Below, one piece after another: positions 1 through 42,162 of a DNA stretch of 64,000 bases. The stretch's first letter is position 1, and every line of letters starts with the position of its first letter. Source of the stretch: Amoebidium appalachense. Taxonomy: Eukaryota; Protista; Ichthyosporea. The notes under the pieces were generated by a model. It searched no databases, was not told where the DNA came from, and saw only the letters and a program-made list of their open reading frames with translations. The stretch lies in NCBI GenBank assembly GCA_963693365.1, contig CAVNZM010000002.1, positions 11,464,328-11,528,327 of the forward strand. The letters are read 5' to 3'. Position numbers and translations under genes: made by a program.

Positions 1-1315
1 CGAAGTAAGCAGGGACGTTTTGATGGGTGTATGTGTGGTGTATAGCCCTGGGGGGAAGATGGGGGGGAGGAGAAGGGAGGCAGTGCTCGACCGACCGAGG
101 CAAGATTCGCTTCACAAGATTGTACAACGACCAAGTGCTGCCTGCACTGAAGGTTACTGCAACGGGAATGGGGAGAAAAAAAGCCTCGTATCTTCAGCAT
201 GTCATTCAGCCCTCGCCACTTTCTACCACATTAAACCACCCATTAACCCACCCAGCCACTCACCTTGAACCCCTGGAACTAATCAAAGGTATGAAATGCT
301 CAGAAGTACGCCGGGCTTGCACAACATGGCATCCTTTTGTCCGTGATGTTCAACACGTTTGTGCACAGAAGTTTTCATGTGCTGGCATCTAGATCCCCTA
401 AAACTCCTGTGCTCCAATTTGTCAAAAATATTTCGTCTAACTTAATGGGCCTGGCATACAAGCTAGAACTGCCCCATATCCTTCAAAATTTTCCAAAAAG
501 CATTGAAGCAAAAATAAAATGATTTTTCTGTTGATACTAACTGTTTCTTAGTGATATCCAAATCATAGAACATTGACACAATGTCATTTTGTCCACAGTC
601 CAAACTTCGAAGACTTAGTTTATGGGCCTCGAGATCTTGACATATAGAAACCCTAAAAGTAGGTGTTGGGGGATTCTTGCTGATGCGTTCCGCACCAATC
701 ACACTGCCTTGGCAAATACACTGTCCGGCATGCACTACAAAATGGTCTCAGTTTGTTTGGGAGCTCCAAGCTTGCTGCATGACACTACCATGGCCCATGT
801 TGGGATTCAGAGATCCCACAAGCATACATACAACATTAAGGTTGTGCGTAGGCATTTCATACAGAGTTTCATACATGTACAACTGGTCGACTCGAATGTT
901 TTTGTCGACTCGAATGTTTTTGTCAAGGTGGATAAGTTTAAACGATCCTTGCCCATCGCAAATGTGCATGCGCATGCAGATGTACTTACCATCATGCTCA
1001 GGGATAAGCTGAGCGGCCGGCTTTCAGCAGTATTCAGAGAACAAGTCCAGATTCAGTGACGGACAACGTTCAGAGGACTGACTGGCAAAAAAGACTTATT
1101 AGCTGCTAATGGCTATGGGTATTGCATTATATTATATCGTGTTGCGTGGAGGTACTGAATTCGCATCCGGGCCAAAGCCTAGGCCTGCCAGCACCTAATC
1201 ACAGCCTTTTGTATGTACATGTATGCGTATGTGTTGTAAACAGTACACTCAACGAAAAATATTTTATTGAATAGTTTCATTATGTGTGTGTATGTGTGTG
1301 GTGGGGGGGGGGGGA

Positions 1316-1352
<37 letters not shown>

Positions 1353-1563
1353 GCCTTCGTCGAAGCCTTCCGGAGTACATACGTACAGCCACGAATTTCT
1401 CTCAATAGTACATCGTAATATATATCGAAAGTACATCGAAATAGATAACTATTATGATATTGGACAAGGAAAGACAGTCTCTGAGGATGGGGAAAAGAAA
1501 AGAAAGAATTCCAGGAGGGGAACAGGGGGAAGGGGCGGGCCGGGGAGGGGGGGGGGGGGGGGG

Positions 1564-1598
<35 letters not shown>

Positions 1599-2139
1599 AG
1601 GGGGGGGGGAGGGGGGGGGAGGGGGGGGGGGGGGGGGGGGGATATCGATCGCGATATGAAATTTGAATTCGAAAGAAACTAAAGAGTTCGAGAGGAATTC
1701 AAAAACTTCGGGAATGAAGTTGAGAAGTCCTCGAGAAAAAAGGAATTTTGAAAGGATGTTGGGGGGGATCATGGGGGGAGGGGGGGGGGGGGGGGAGGGG
1801 AAGGGGGGGGGGGGGGGGGGGGGAGGTAAATTTCATAATGACTAAGAGGAACAATGGGGGGGTCCCCCCCCTCCCCCGGCCCACGTACACCCCTGCCTCC
1901 CCATCAGTAACCCTTCCCCTCCTCTTGCACATTTCTCCCCCCCCCCTTCCCCCCCTTCCTCCCCCCCTCCCTCTTCCTGTCCCTCCCCCCCCCCCCCCCC
2001 CCCCCCCAGTGACACCCACCCATTCCACCCCCCTTCCACTTTCTGAGAAAAGGGGGGAGAGGGTAGAAGGGGGGAAGAGGGGGGGGAGGGGGGGGAGAGG
2101 GGGGAGGCTCAGGGTGGATATTCAACCCCAGGAGTGCAT

Positions 2140-2193
<54 letters not shown>

Positions 2194-2249
2194 GTGTGCG
2201 CGCGCGTGTGCCTGTGTGCCTGTGTGATCACGTGAGTCTGTGTGTGTGT

Positions 2250-2281
<32 letters not shown>

Positions 2282-3346
2282 GGGGAGGGGGGAGCAACTA
2301 CGTTCACGTCACTTCGGGTCCATCACAATTCTTTGAATCTAAATTCTCAGGCATCCCCGGGCCCAAAAAAACATGAACAGGTGCATAACAAAAACGGGGG
2401 AGTTAAATTTTAAAGCTTGTAGAATGTCATGCGATTGGAAAGTTTAGCTGTATGTTACAAGTTGGTTTGACTCGGGAGCTGCTGACCATCAATGACCAGA
2501 ATATGTTCAGTTTTCCTATCAAAATGCAAATGCCATATGTCAGCATGCCATCTGTGCATATATATTTCATTGAAGCTTCTTTACCAGTTTGTAATACTAA
2601 AACCATGAATAAAACCACATCTGCATGGTATACAAGTATAGTCATATTCCATACTGCGCATGTACATGTCACAAGCATATATTCAAACGTGGGAAATAGG
2701 TACTACGGAGCAAGGTCTTGAGGGGGGTGCCAACTTGGTGGAGCAAGCACGTGTTGCCTCTTGAGAGTCATTTGGGCACAATATGGATGAGATTGAAAGT
2801 GGTCAGTGAGATGAGTCACCGTGACGGTACATGTGGTGGCCAGTGGTGGTGGTGGTTGGTATGTGTGTGTGTGTGTGTGTCTGTGTGTGTGTGTGTGTGC
2901 ACGTGTGTGTGTGTGCTCGCACGTGCCTGTGCACGTGTGTGCGTGCAGTGCACAAAGTGTGTTTGTGCGCACGTGCGTGTGTACTAATGGGAGGGATGGA
3001 GGGGGGGGGGGGGGGGGAGGGGGGGGGAGGGGGGAGGGGCATCGAGTCATCTTTGAGACGCTAACTTTTTTGGCATGCATTCTGATTAGTCGTAGCAACT
3101 GCCCCAGACTCTCAGATCATGCGATGAAAAACAAAACAGCCACATGATGACCAACGTTTCACACAGTCCACAGATATGCCGTGCATGCATGTGCACGTAC
3201 CTGTGTCACAGGTTTTATTTGTGTACTCGTTTCAATATATGTACATGCTTCAAAACTGCCCTCCAAAAGGTGGAGTACATCACTACTTAGCTTCTTACAA
3301 GCACGCATATCGCCTGCTACAGTTGCATGTGTAGGATTGTGATAGA

Positions 3347-3380
<34 letters not shown>

Positions 3381-3724
3381 CCCCCTTCCCCACTCCCCCC
3401 CCCCTCCCTCCCCTCATCACCTCCAGAATCAAACCAGAATCAAACCATGTACATACAACCTTTAACTGCATACACACACTCAAGGGCTCATAAGCTCAAA
3501 GAAGTATTTACATATATGACTCTATATAGATCATCAATGGATAAAAAGTGTTTATTCCTGTACCGAGCCCACAACACTCTACCGCCTCTAAAAACAAAAA
3601 AAACAATCGGATTGGTGTAAACAGCCAGACACTTTTGTTTTCGGCTTCGATTCGGCCAGCGAATCCACCGTTTGCACCAATGTCTTTCGTCACTCCCCGT
3701 TGCCTGAATTTAAAATTTAAAGGC

Positions 3725-17332
<13,608 letters not shown>

Positions 17333-19058
17333 TTTGTCTGTCTGGAAAAACCTGTCCAGAAAAAGTTAGAGACATGGGGGAACAAAAAGGTGGAAGGACA
17401 AGGGTAAATGGAGACAGAAAGAATGTGGGGGCGGGTCCCGAGCCCCCCCCAGGGGGGGGGGGGGGGGAAGCAGCGGATTCAGGGGGCCAAATTTGAGGTG
17501 AGGGGGGGCAGCATGGGGATGGAGTTTGTGAAGATGAACCAGCACCTGCATCAACGAGGCTGGAGGGATTCCGGAAACAAGCACAACCAAGAAACGGAGA
17601 ACAAAGAGATGCAGCAGGAAGGCAGGGAGGAGAAGAGGGGAGGGGGAGGCGGAGGGGGGGGGGGGGGGGGGGGGGATCAAGTAGTGTGAGGGGTAGGGTT
17701 GTATGAAGGGGGGCCGGGGGGGAGGGGGCGAGAAGGGGGAGTATCCACGTTTTCAATACAATATGCATTGAGGGCTGGCTTTATGTACAATTGTGTTAAA
17801 CAACAATATGAATTTCATTGCGCTGTCCGACCGAGATGCGTGTACGTACCTGTGATGGTTAACATGTGCATATCTGTATACTCGTACAAGTTTCGGTAGG
17901 TTTACACTATGCCCCAACGTGCGAACGTGTTTGCCGACTGTGTTATTGCCTGTGCGTGCCTGCAGGAAGATATTGTGCCTTACCGAAGTATGCATGTAAG
18001 TGCATGCCTGTACTTTACTGCATGCTTGGGTAAACGCATGCGCCCAGCATCGAGCAGTTATCTGCTTGAGCAGCAGTTTCTACAACGTACATTCCAGAAA
18101 GCCGTTCAGAAGGCTTAGATACCCTCAAAACCCAAACCTGGTATAGATATTAGTACTTGGAAAAGTGAACTGTAAAACATACCAGTTGACGCCGTGTCCT
18201 GTATGGGCCTTTGTCTCAAACACACTGTGAAACCAGCTGCACTGGAACACGTTAAAGTACGAGAGTAAAATACAGTCTTACAGTTACTATATGGGTTTAT
18301 TTCCACTCAAACATAGATCTGTGAAAGCACGTGTACACGCCAGCTCGTATTTCCGGCTAACCCGCTAACTGGAGTTTAGAAAAGTGGCCAAGTGTTGAAG
18401 TGTTCAGCTTAATTGCGCTGCACAAGTGTCCGCTCTGTCTCTGCGCGCCCAAATTACGTCATCACTTTTTCATTGGTCAATAGATGTATACCAATGAAAT
18501 GTGAAGTATGATAGCTTTAAATGGTTAAGAGGGAACTGGCGGGTTTGAAAACTTGACTGTTAAAGCACGGCCCTCTGAAAAAAAGAAGAGGGCCATGTTA
18601 AAGTTGACTATCAGACTGTGTGCATGCCCTTATATCGCAAGACCCCGGAGTGTGCTGGCAGAGGGCCGTGCCCCGGAGCCTTTCTTGAGTAACCAAGCAC
18701 CCAATTTATACACATTTGTAGCAGTTAGAGTCTTTGTTTATTGCTACAGAAATATGCAATATCAGCCAGTGCTGTATATATACATACATGATACAGTGTA
18801 CATACTGTATGCAAAGGCACCATACGTATACGTACCCTAGTACTGGAAGTGAAAACAGTGATAATTGTTACCAAACAGTGCTCCTGTTACTTTTCAATTG
18901 TCACGGCCCGTTTTTCTTTTCTTTTTTCTTTTTGTTTTGTGTGTGTGTGTGAGGGGGCCCGGGGGTGGAGGGAGGGAGGGGAGTGGTGTGTGTGTTTGCG
19001 TGTGTGTGTGTGTGTGTGTGTGTATGTGTTTGTTTCTTTCTTTCTTTTTTTTTTTTTT

Positions 19059-19102
<44 letters not shown>

Positions 19103-19255
19103 GTCCGGATCCCAGAAAGGGTGCATGCATATGTCCGATTGATCATGGCCAGCCTCCTATTGAATCTTTGTAGGCCCGCCCTCATACTCTCTTCTTGTTA
19201 CAATGTTCCTACATGTTTAATATATGCACACAAGCCTCGACCGTATATTTATTCG

Positions 19256-20559
19256 TTACTCTGCCTTGTTGCACCACTCAGCCCACCCATTCCACAGCAC
19301 CCTCACCCTGTTGTCAGCGAACAACACCGTTACATACGGGCCCAACACAACCACTTTACGTGCATCGGCATACTCCTTCGGAATATCAACATACAGAGGG
19401 GTATTGTTGTTGTCGTCATAATCCGTGGGGGATTTATCCCCTGGGAATGGGACCTCCAAATCAAGGTACAAAAGCTTTCGCGCACTGGCCATGATATAGC
19501 TCTTGTTATCCGTCTGCTTGGTCGAGTCAGCTGTAAACACTTTGAATCCTGAATCGTAGAATTCTTCGAGAGCTTGGGGGAGGATTACCGTCAGAGGGCA
19601 CCACCACATTCCTTCCAGAACCGCCGAACAGAATTTTCCGCTCTCAGAATTACCATCCAGCCAGATGTGGTTGACTGCACCCCCCTCAAACAGGAACGTG
19701 TATTCCGAATCCAGGTCGTGATGTTCGACGCCATTGATCGATTCCCCAGTTTCTGCATCGAAGATCTCAAACGCCGAGGGACATTTGTGGTATCCAGGTT
19801 TCTCTACGACTAAGTATTTGCTTTCGTAAACATCAACTCGCCCATCACTACGTGAATGGTTAAACACACAGCCACCATCCGTGTAGCTCCGTTCACACCA
19901 CAGCCGGGAACCAGTGGCAAGACTCCATCCACAGATGTACTGAGGCTCCTGATCATCCTCATCTGTTGCCGCCGCCACCAAAATGCCCTTTGCGAGTCCT
20001 ACACTCCCCCACGTGCACATGCCCATATCCTCAAAGTGGCTAAGGTCAAGCAACGATCCATCCTCCAGGTTCCACACGCACATTTGAGAGTCATGGTTCA
20101 TCGCCGCTGCATAAGGATAGTGCAACGAAAGCGCTCCAGAGATGTTATTGTCACCGATCCGGACTTCGTTTTTTAGGTGTCCCGTAGTTATGTCCCAAAC
20201 CAAAAGGACCTGCTCTGCCACAGCAACCGCATAGTGCGAGTCTCCGGCAAGAGTTCTCAGTTTTCGGCCTGCACCGCCCTGCATATCCCTGCAATGCACA
20301 TGTAATAAGATAGTAGTTCTGAAAAATGTCTATGTTCGTTTGGCACTACATAAACGCAGCGAAACTAGACCAACTCCTACAGTATGCTGCCAAATGATTT
20401 CACAGAACAAAAAGATGCCGGAATCGATAGACTAAAGCTCGGGAGAAGCGATCTCAGTACTGTATACGTGGTAAAGAGATGTGGGGGTGGGCACCGGGGG
20501 GGGGGGGGAGGGGGATTTGGGGGAAAGGGAGAAACAGAAACAGGGAGGGAGAGAGAGTA

Positions 20560-20609
<50 letters not shown>

Positions 20610-20882
20610 CAAGAGAGAGAGGGGGGGGGGGGGAGGGGGAGGGGGAGGGGGGAGGGACTGAGGGAAGAGGGAGGGAGGGAGGGAGGGAGAGAGAAAAAAG
20701 AGAGACAGAGGGGGGGGGGGGGGAGGAGAGAGAGAGAGAGAGGGAGGGAGGGAGAGAGAGAGAAAAAAAGAGAGAGGCGGGGGGGGGGGGGGGGGGAGGG
20801 AGGGACAGAGAGAGGGAGGGAGGGAGGGAGGGAGGGAGGGAGAGGGGGAGAGAGAGAGAGGGAGAAAGAGAAAGAGCGAGAG

Positions 20883-20968
<86 letters not shown>

Positions 20969-21898
20969 GTGAGAGAGAGAGAGGGGGGGGGGGGGGGGAG
21001 AGGGAGAGTAGAGATCTGAAAGAGCGAGAGAGAGGGTGAGAGAGAGTGAGAGATCTGAAAGAGCGAGAGAGAGGGTGAAAGAGAGGGGGGGAGGGGGGAG
21101 GGGGGGGGGAGGGGGGGGGGGGGGGGGGTGAATGCCTGTGTCTCCGAGTGTCTGCATGTACAAGCCCCTGTGCCTGCCTGAGTGCTTGTGACTGCGAGGG
21201 TGTCTCCCTCCTTTCTGGGTCTCTCTCTCTCTCTCTCTCCCTCCCTCCCTCCCTCCCTCCCTCCCTCCCTCCCTCCCTCCCTCCCTCCCTCCCTCCCTCC
21301 CTCCCTCCCTCTCTCCGTGTGTGTGTGTGTGCCTTTTCCTTTTCGTTTTTCTTTCACCCTCTGTGTCCCTAGAGCTCGTTCACGTTCCCTAGGAAGTGCT
21401 TGGGTGTTTGTGCGTGCAGTGCACGTGTGTGTGTCAGTTTGTGTGCATGTACGCACGTGTTCATGCATATATTTGGGCGAGTGAGTGTGTGCGTTTGTTC
21501 TCCATCTGTACGTATGTGTATATCATATTTGGCCTTGCTCACCTCCAAAGTGGTCGAAGGAAAACGTTCTGCAGGCTGTTTGGACGCTTGAAAGGGAAAG
21601 GCAGCACAAAGTAGTCAAACTCCACGGCAAGCCTCTCCAGAACATCTCCCTCTGTCGGCAGGGCGGAAACGGTCTTGTGTTTACAGAACTCGAGGATGTA
21701 GAAAAAGAGATTTGGGTCTCTACTTAAATGAATTAGAACCCTTCCCTGCTCGTTTCGCTGGAGTGCGTGGCGGCCACTAAACCACGCAGCCAACATGGAG
21801 TCTTCAAACGAGCACAGCGTGTCCTGTGTGGTCTCAAACACCAGCCCACTTACGTCCACAAGGACGGGCTCGCCTTGCCCAAACGCAGACACGCTCAT
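19256..21898 (-). CDS. KCTD-type BTB/POZ (T1) domain protein with a C-terminal WD40/PQQ-like beta-propeller, 462 aa, 2 exons
   Basis: Exon 1 21898-21543 (PVLVDVSGLVFETTQDTLC..SMLAAWFSGRH..GRVLIHLSRDPNLFFYILEF, the KCTD BTB consensus) joins in phase 2 to exon 2 20288-19256. Exon 2 has blade-end motifs VWDITTG, VWNLEDG, GWSLATG and IFDAETG. The 1389-nt CDS is open. Confidence 0.82.
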
Positions 21899-21958
21899 GT
21901 TTTATACGCTCGGAGCTCACGGAGAGCTTGCCAAACGTGTATGTGCATATACTGATAT

Positions 21959-22080
21959 CTGCCACCTACTGAGATGGCTCCTTATTTTTCCTTGAACATT
22001 CAGCGAACACTGGACTCTATCGAACCGTCGAGGCGCCGCGACAGAAAGCATGCACGCTACCACCTACTGAGGCGGTGTCT

Positions 22081-22118
<38 letters not shown>

Positions 22119-22252
22119 TTAAAAGGGACTAGATGTAGAAACGTCGCACGTGCGGCAACACGTCAGTACGTGTTAGGCATGCACGCGGTCGCGAGAGTGT
22201 AAGGAAAAATCGGCCCAGATCGCAGCGCGTGCACACCGTCAGTACGTGTGAT
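21959..22252 (+). mobile_element. MITE copy 1 (9-bp TSD family), interrupted by a nested copy
   Basis: Ends are CTGCCACCTACTGA and TCAGTACGTGTGAT. TSD TACTGATAT at 21950-21958 and 22253-22261. Absent from the paralogous site in duplication unit B. Confidence 0.85.
22057..22176 (+). mobile_element. Nested 120-bp MITE of the same TIR family
   Basis: Ends are CTACCACCTACTGA and TCAGTACGTGTTAG. TSD GCATGCACG at 22048-22056 and 22177-22185. Removing it restores collinearity with copy 2. Confidence 0.85.
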
Positions 22253-22266
22253 TACTGATATATAGG

Positions 22267-22426
22267 CTCACACGTACTGACGGTGTGCACGCGCTGCGAT
22301 GAACTTTACGTCCGATTTTTCCTTACACTCTCGCGACCGCGTGCATGCTTTCTGTCGCGGCGCCTCGACGGTTCGTGTTCGCTGAATGTGTAAGGAAAAA
22401 TAAGGAGCCATCTCAGTAGGTGGCAG
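22267..22426 (-). mobile_element. MITE copy 2, 160 bp, inverted relative to copy 1
   Basis: Ends are CTCACACGTACTGA and TCAGTAGGTGGCAG. TSD ATATATAGG at 22258-22266 and 22427-22435. Near-identical reverse complement of copy 1. Confidence 0.88.
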
Positions 22427-23106
22427 ATATATAGGTATATGGGATGTATAGTTTGGCCGGCGAGCCTCCCGCTGTGTCTCTCAGCCTCGGGCCTGTTTAA
22501 ATTTTCAGGTTAACAAAAAAAGAAAAACACTGAGTGTGAACCGCGGCGTCTTCCTCCTACCCCTAAACTGGGCTCCCGGCCCCCTCTAGCGCTGGGGGAT
22601 CTACAGCCTCCATCGTACGGACGTACCTCGCAAAAAGCACGGTCACACAGTTTGTGCGTTTATAAACTCCTTGAAACCGTTCTCAGGTATGTTGTCAGGA
22701 AAGGCGTTGGAAACGAGCTTCGAATTCTGTCTGCTGGCAAGAATCATAACATTTACCTATTGTTCAACGTTTTTCGTAGAACTTACATAGACCATCAAAT
22801 GGGAACTGGCGGGTTTGAAAAACTGTTGACGATGTCATCATGCAACTAGTTGAGCTGTGTGCAAAAGACCAGCAAGGAGCCTCTCTTGAGTGACCACTAT
22901 TATAACACCCCACTTGTACACCTTCATATTTGTACCAGTCAGAGCGATGTATGTATGAACTTATGATCAGCAAGTGCTGTGTATATTCATATACATACAA
23001 TGTACACACTGTATGCACAGGCACGTGCACGAACTGTAAGTGAAAACAGATGCTTGTTGTTCAAAGTCCTACATCTTTCACTTGTCACTTGGCACAGCCG
23101 GTTTTT

Positions 23107-23141
<35 letters not shown>

Positions 23142-23329
23142 TGTGTGTGTGTGGTGATGGTGGGGAGGGGGGGGGGGGGGGGGGGGGTCCCGGGGAAGGG
23201 GCCATGATTTAGAATATTCCACAATTCCTAGCACTAAAATGTAGGCCCAAGTGCACGCCCATACTCTAGATCTCTCCAGCTTGCTACACTATATACAAAA
23301 AACTCAACAGTGCAATGCACATTCATTCA

Positions 23330-25501
<2,172 letters not shown>

Positions 25502-26356
25502 ATATTTTACGCTCGGGACTCACGGAGAGCTTACAAAACGTGTATGTGCATATAGGTATATGGGATGTATAGTTTTTCAAAGTGTCTTTCAGCCTGTTGG
25601 CCTGTTCAAGTTTTCAAGTTCGAAAAAAAAAAAACCGCCGGAGTTCAGATTTCTGTTGATTGGACGATCTGACAGCACTAATTCAGGGCTATAACCACTG
25701 AACCAATTGTTCATGTTTTATTTTACCGTATGAAACGAGTTTTCGAGGCTTTTATAGCCTATTTGTGGGTATTACTGGTTTGAAAGGCGGTTAGTTCGAA
25801 TTTTAGATTTGTAATGCCGGGGAGGGGCAAAAAGCACAATTGTGCCGGTAAACTCTGAAAGCCGTTCCACCGTGACAGAGTGAGGTGTCCGTGAGAGTTG
25901 AAACGAGCTTTTCCTTGGAACTCTGAACAATAATTCTAACTGTGGTCACCTGGAATTGTCACGGGAACGGGTTCATGCTGTTTAGCGTGTAGAGCTTGGA
26001 TCGGTAAGAAAACGGTAGCCAGGTGATAATAGGCGAGAAACAGGATCACTGAGGAGTAACTCACGAGACACCTTACCCGGCGTGTGGGCCTGTCTAGGTA
26101 CACAGTAGAAACATTGAAGAAAACCGGAGATCTCGAGGGTGGCTGTTCTTTGCACCCAGAACAAAGTTTTGCGCCTAACATCGAAGCTGGACGGACCCAT
26201 CGACCGACCGACGTGGCAGTTACGGGCACGCACCCTTGCGCTCCTTCACACACGCGTGCACAACAGGGGCAGACACACACACACACACACACAGGCTGCA
26301 CACACGCACGCACACACGCACACACGCATACACGTTTGTGTTAGAGAACGGCCGTC

Positions 26357-39592
<13,236 letters not shown>

Positions 39593-40592
39593 ATGGTAGA
39601 TGGTGTGGGGGTGGATGTAGGATACCTAATGTGGGTGTAACACGAAAAAAGACGATTGAAATGGTCTGATTCTGTTCGTTCCATCATGCGTTATAGTCTG
39701 TTAGAGCCTGCCAAAAATGGAGCGGCATGGGCCGTACGTACTGAGAGTGTAGTCTGTCTGAGGTAAATACTTATCTTGGGGCATACATCAGTGCAATATT
39801 TGCTTATTTTTTGTTTTCTTTCTTCCCGCGTTTAGGAATCGAGGGGGAAAGGGGGGGGGGGCAACGCTCGCGCACGTGCATGAATGGCTTGAAATTTAGT
39901 GGTCGGTCTGTTCGTTGATTAAGTGTCACAAGTTGCTTGCCAAGAATTACACGCTTTGTTTTCGCCTATGACGATAGAAACGAATACGTGTAGGTAACGA
40001 TCATTGGTATGTGTGTGCTTTGTGGCGATTATAATACTGGGGCAGCAACAAGATATAGTATAGTTGTGCACTTAGATTTGAAGATCATGAGTTATATGCG
40101 TGCACGAATACAACAACTGGGGGCAGAGTTAGCCTCTAGCCAGAAACTTTGGCAGTGTTGTGTGTGACGAAAGCAATAGAACATGAAAATAAAAAAGAAT
40201 GCAGTACAGTGCAGTACAGGGTTATGATCATTCGGCATAAGATAACTCATCTAAATGATAAATTGTACTTAGTCTAGATATTTACTACGGTTGTGATACC
40301 GTAATGCCATTAGTATACTCTCAAGCAGTAGATGCCGTTTTCTCTTAAGCTCCTTTAGAGAGCAAACGGAAGTCTTATAGAGCTCGAGTTTGCTTGGTCT
40401 ATTATATTACAGGAAGGCTAATCTGATTATCGTGCATTGCAATTGTGTGGCTCAGTTTACTTATGACATTGGAAAGAGTGCATGATTTGGATGTGCATTA
40501 CACTTGCCACAGTGCTGGCATGTGCACCTATTTTGTGTGTGTGATGATGTCACAATGTGTATGTACATGTAAATCCGCGCATGCTCGCCCGC

Positions 40593-40651
<59 letters not shown>

Positions 40652-40742
40652 GGCTATTGGTTTCTTCAAAAATATAGAATCAGAGACCCTACGAACCGAC
40701 CAGGCTGGTGGATTTCAAGTGCAATACATGCCCCCCCTCCCT

Positions 40743-40785
<43 letters not shown>

Positions 40786-40822
40786 ACCACCACCACCACC
40801 ACCATCTCCACCACCACACACG

Positions 40823-40865
<43 letters not shown>

Positions 40866-42109
40866 AACAAACAAACCCACCCACCGACGGGGGCCATGCA
40901 TGGGGCTATGGTGATAAAAACCAAGGCCCTTTAAGTTAAAATCTTATATTTTAATTTTCCTAAGTACCCATGATCTTTGTCAATTCAGTCACCCCGTATC
41001 CTTACGTGAGGGAGGATGCATGACATATATATGTTGTCTACGTCTTACATATCTTCATGTCATATAAAGACCTTCAGTTGGTGACGTACAACATCATGTA
41101 TTGGTCAGCTGGTCCAATATATAAGATCGAAAATCGGATCTTTGAAATATAGAACAAGAATTGGCACATGGCAAAACTCATTTTTCAATAAATTCTACAT
41201 TTTAAACAATATTTAAAAAGCTAGAGTACCAGCCTCGGGGTATTAACGTTGACATACATATGCCCCTGCCATCCAGTGGCCCAGTACTAACACATCCTAA
41301 ATATAGTACCGTCGGAGGTGCAATATTTAGTAACAGACACGGCAATAGGCCAACCAGCGGCCACGACAATATATATTGTTCATGATACACTGTGCCACGG
41401 AAATTCACAATAGGAGGTGCACTACAATTTGGATCCTGTCATCGATATCTAGCCAACAGTTAACAATATGCCTACTACAGTAGTAGGGATTCCAGCAGCC
41501 AGACTGAGTATCAGACAAATATTTAACAAGAAGTTCTAATAATCGTTAGACATGAGCAATAATTCATCGTAAGGGCTCAGAATTGTATACACATATACAA
41601 CGAACCCCGCTTACAATCCGGCGGCCAGTCATCATAAAAACATTCAACAAAAGATTCTAAAATTTGGAGCAGTGACTATATTTAACACAACAGCACCTTT
41701 GAATCGATATGCATCATAAACACCTCATTCATCATGTAGACTAAGTAGTGGTATTTCGAAAGGTAAAGAGAATGAACCGTGTACCACCATTTCACCGTCA
41801 ATGCACTAATTTGAACAGTCGCATGCAGCACATTGTGACACTCGTAATAAGTGGTTGGCAATTCTGATCATATGGTAATTAGTACCGTAGCACATATAGC
41901 ACATACTATATATGTGGTACTGTAACAAGTCTTGGCTCCCAGGGACTGCGTGAAAAGAATACACATTCAACCATATGCATGCATGTAGGCTAATCATACC
42001 AAACCCAGTCAGTGCTAGCGAAATATGAAATTGAAACGCGCGTGCCCCCCCCCCCCCCACCTCCATACTAACCAGCCACACATGACTACCACCCACCTTT
42101 ACCCCTCCC

Positions 42110-42146
<37 letters not shown>

Positions 42147-42162
42147 TCCCCCCGGCTTCGAT

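Noticed and set aside
20-1059. ORFs 27-392, 463-735 and 622-1059, and an 18-bp tandem duplication at 886-924
   Set aside because: No recognisable domain or convincing splice chain. Possibly decayed TE or UTR sequence; not supportable as a gene.
21955-22430. Single foldback element or pre-miRNA-like palindrome
   Set aside because: Better explained by three separate insertions, each with its own 9-bp TSD.
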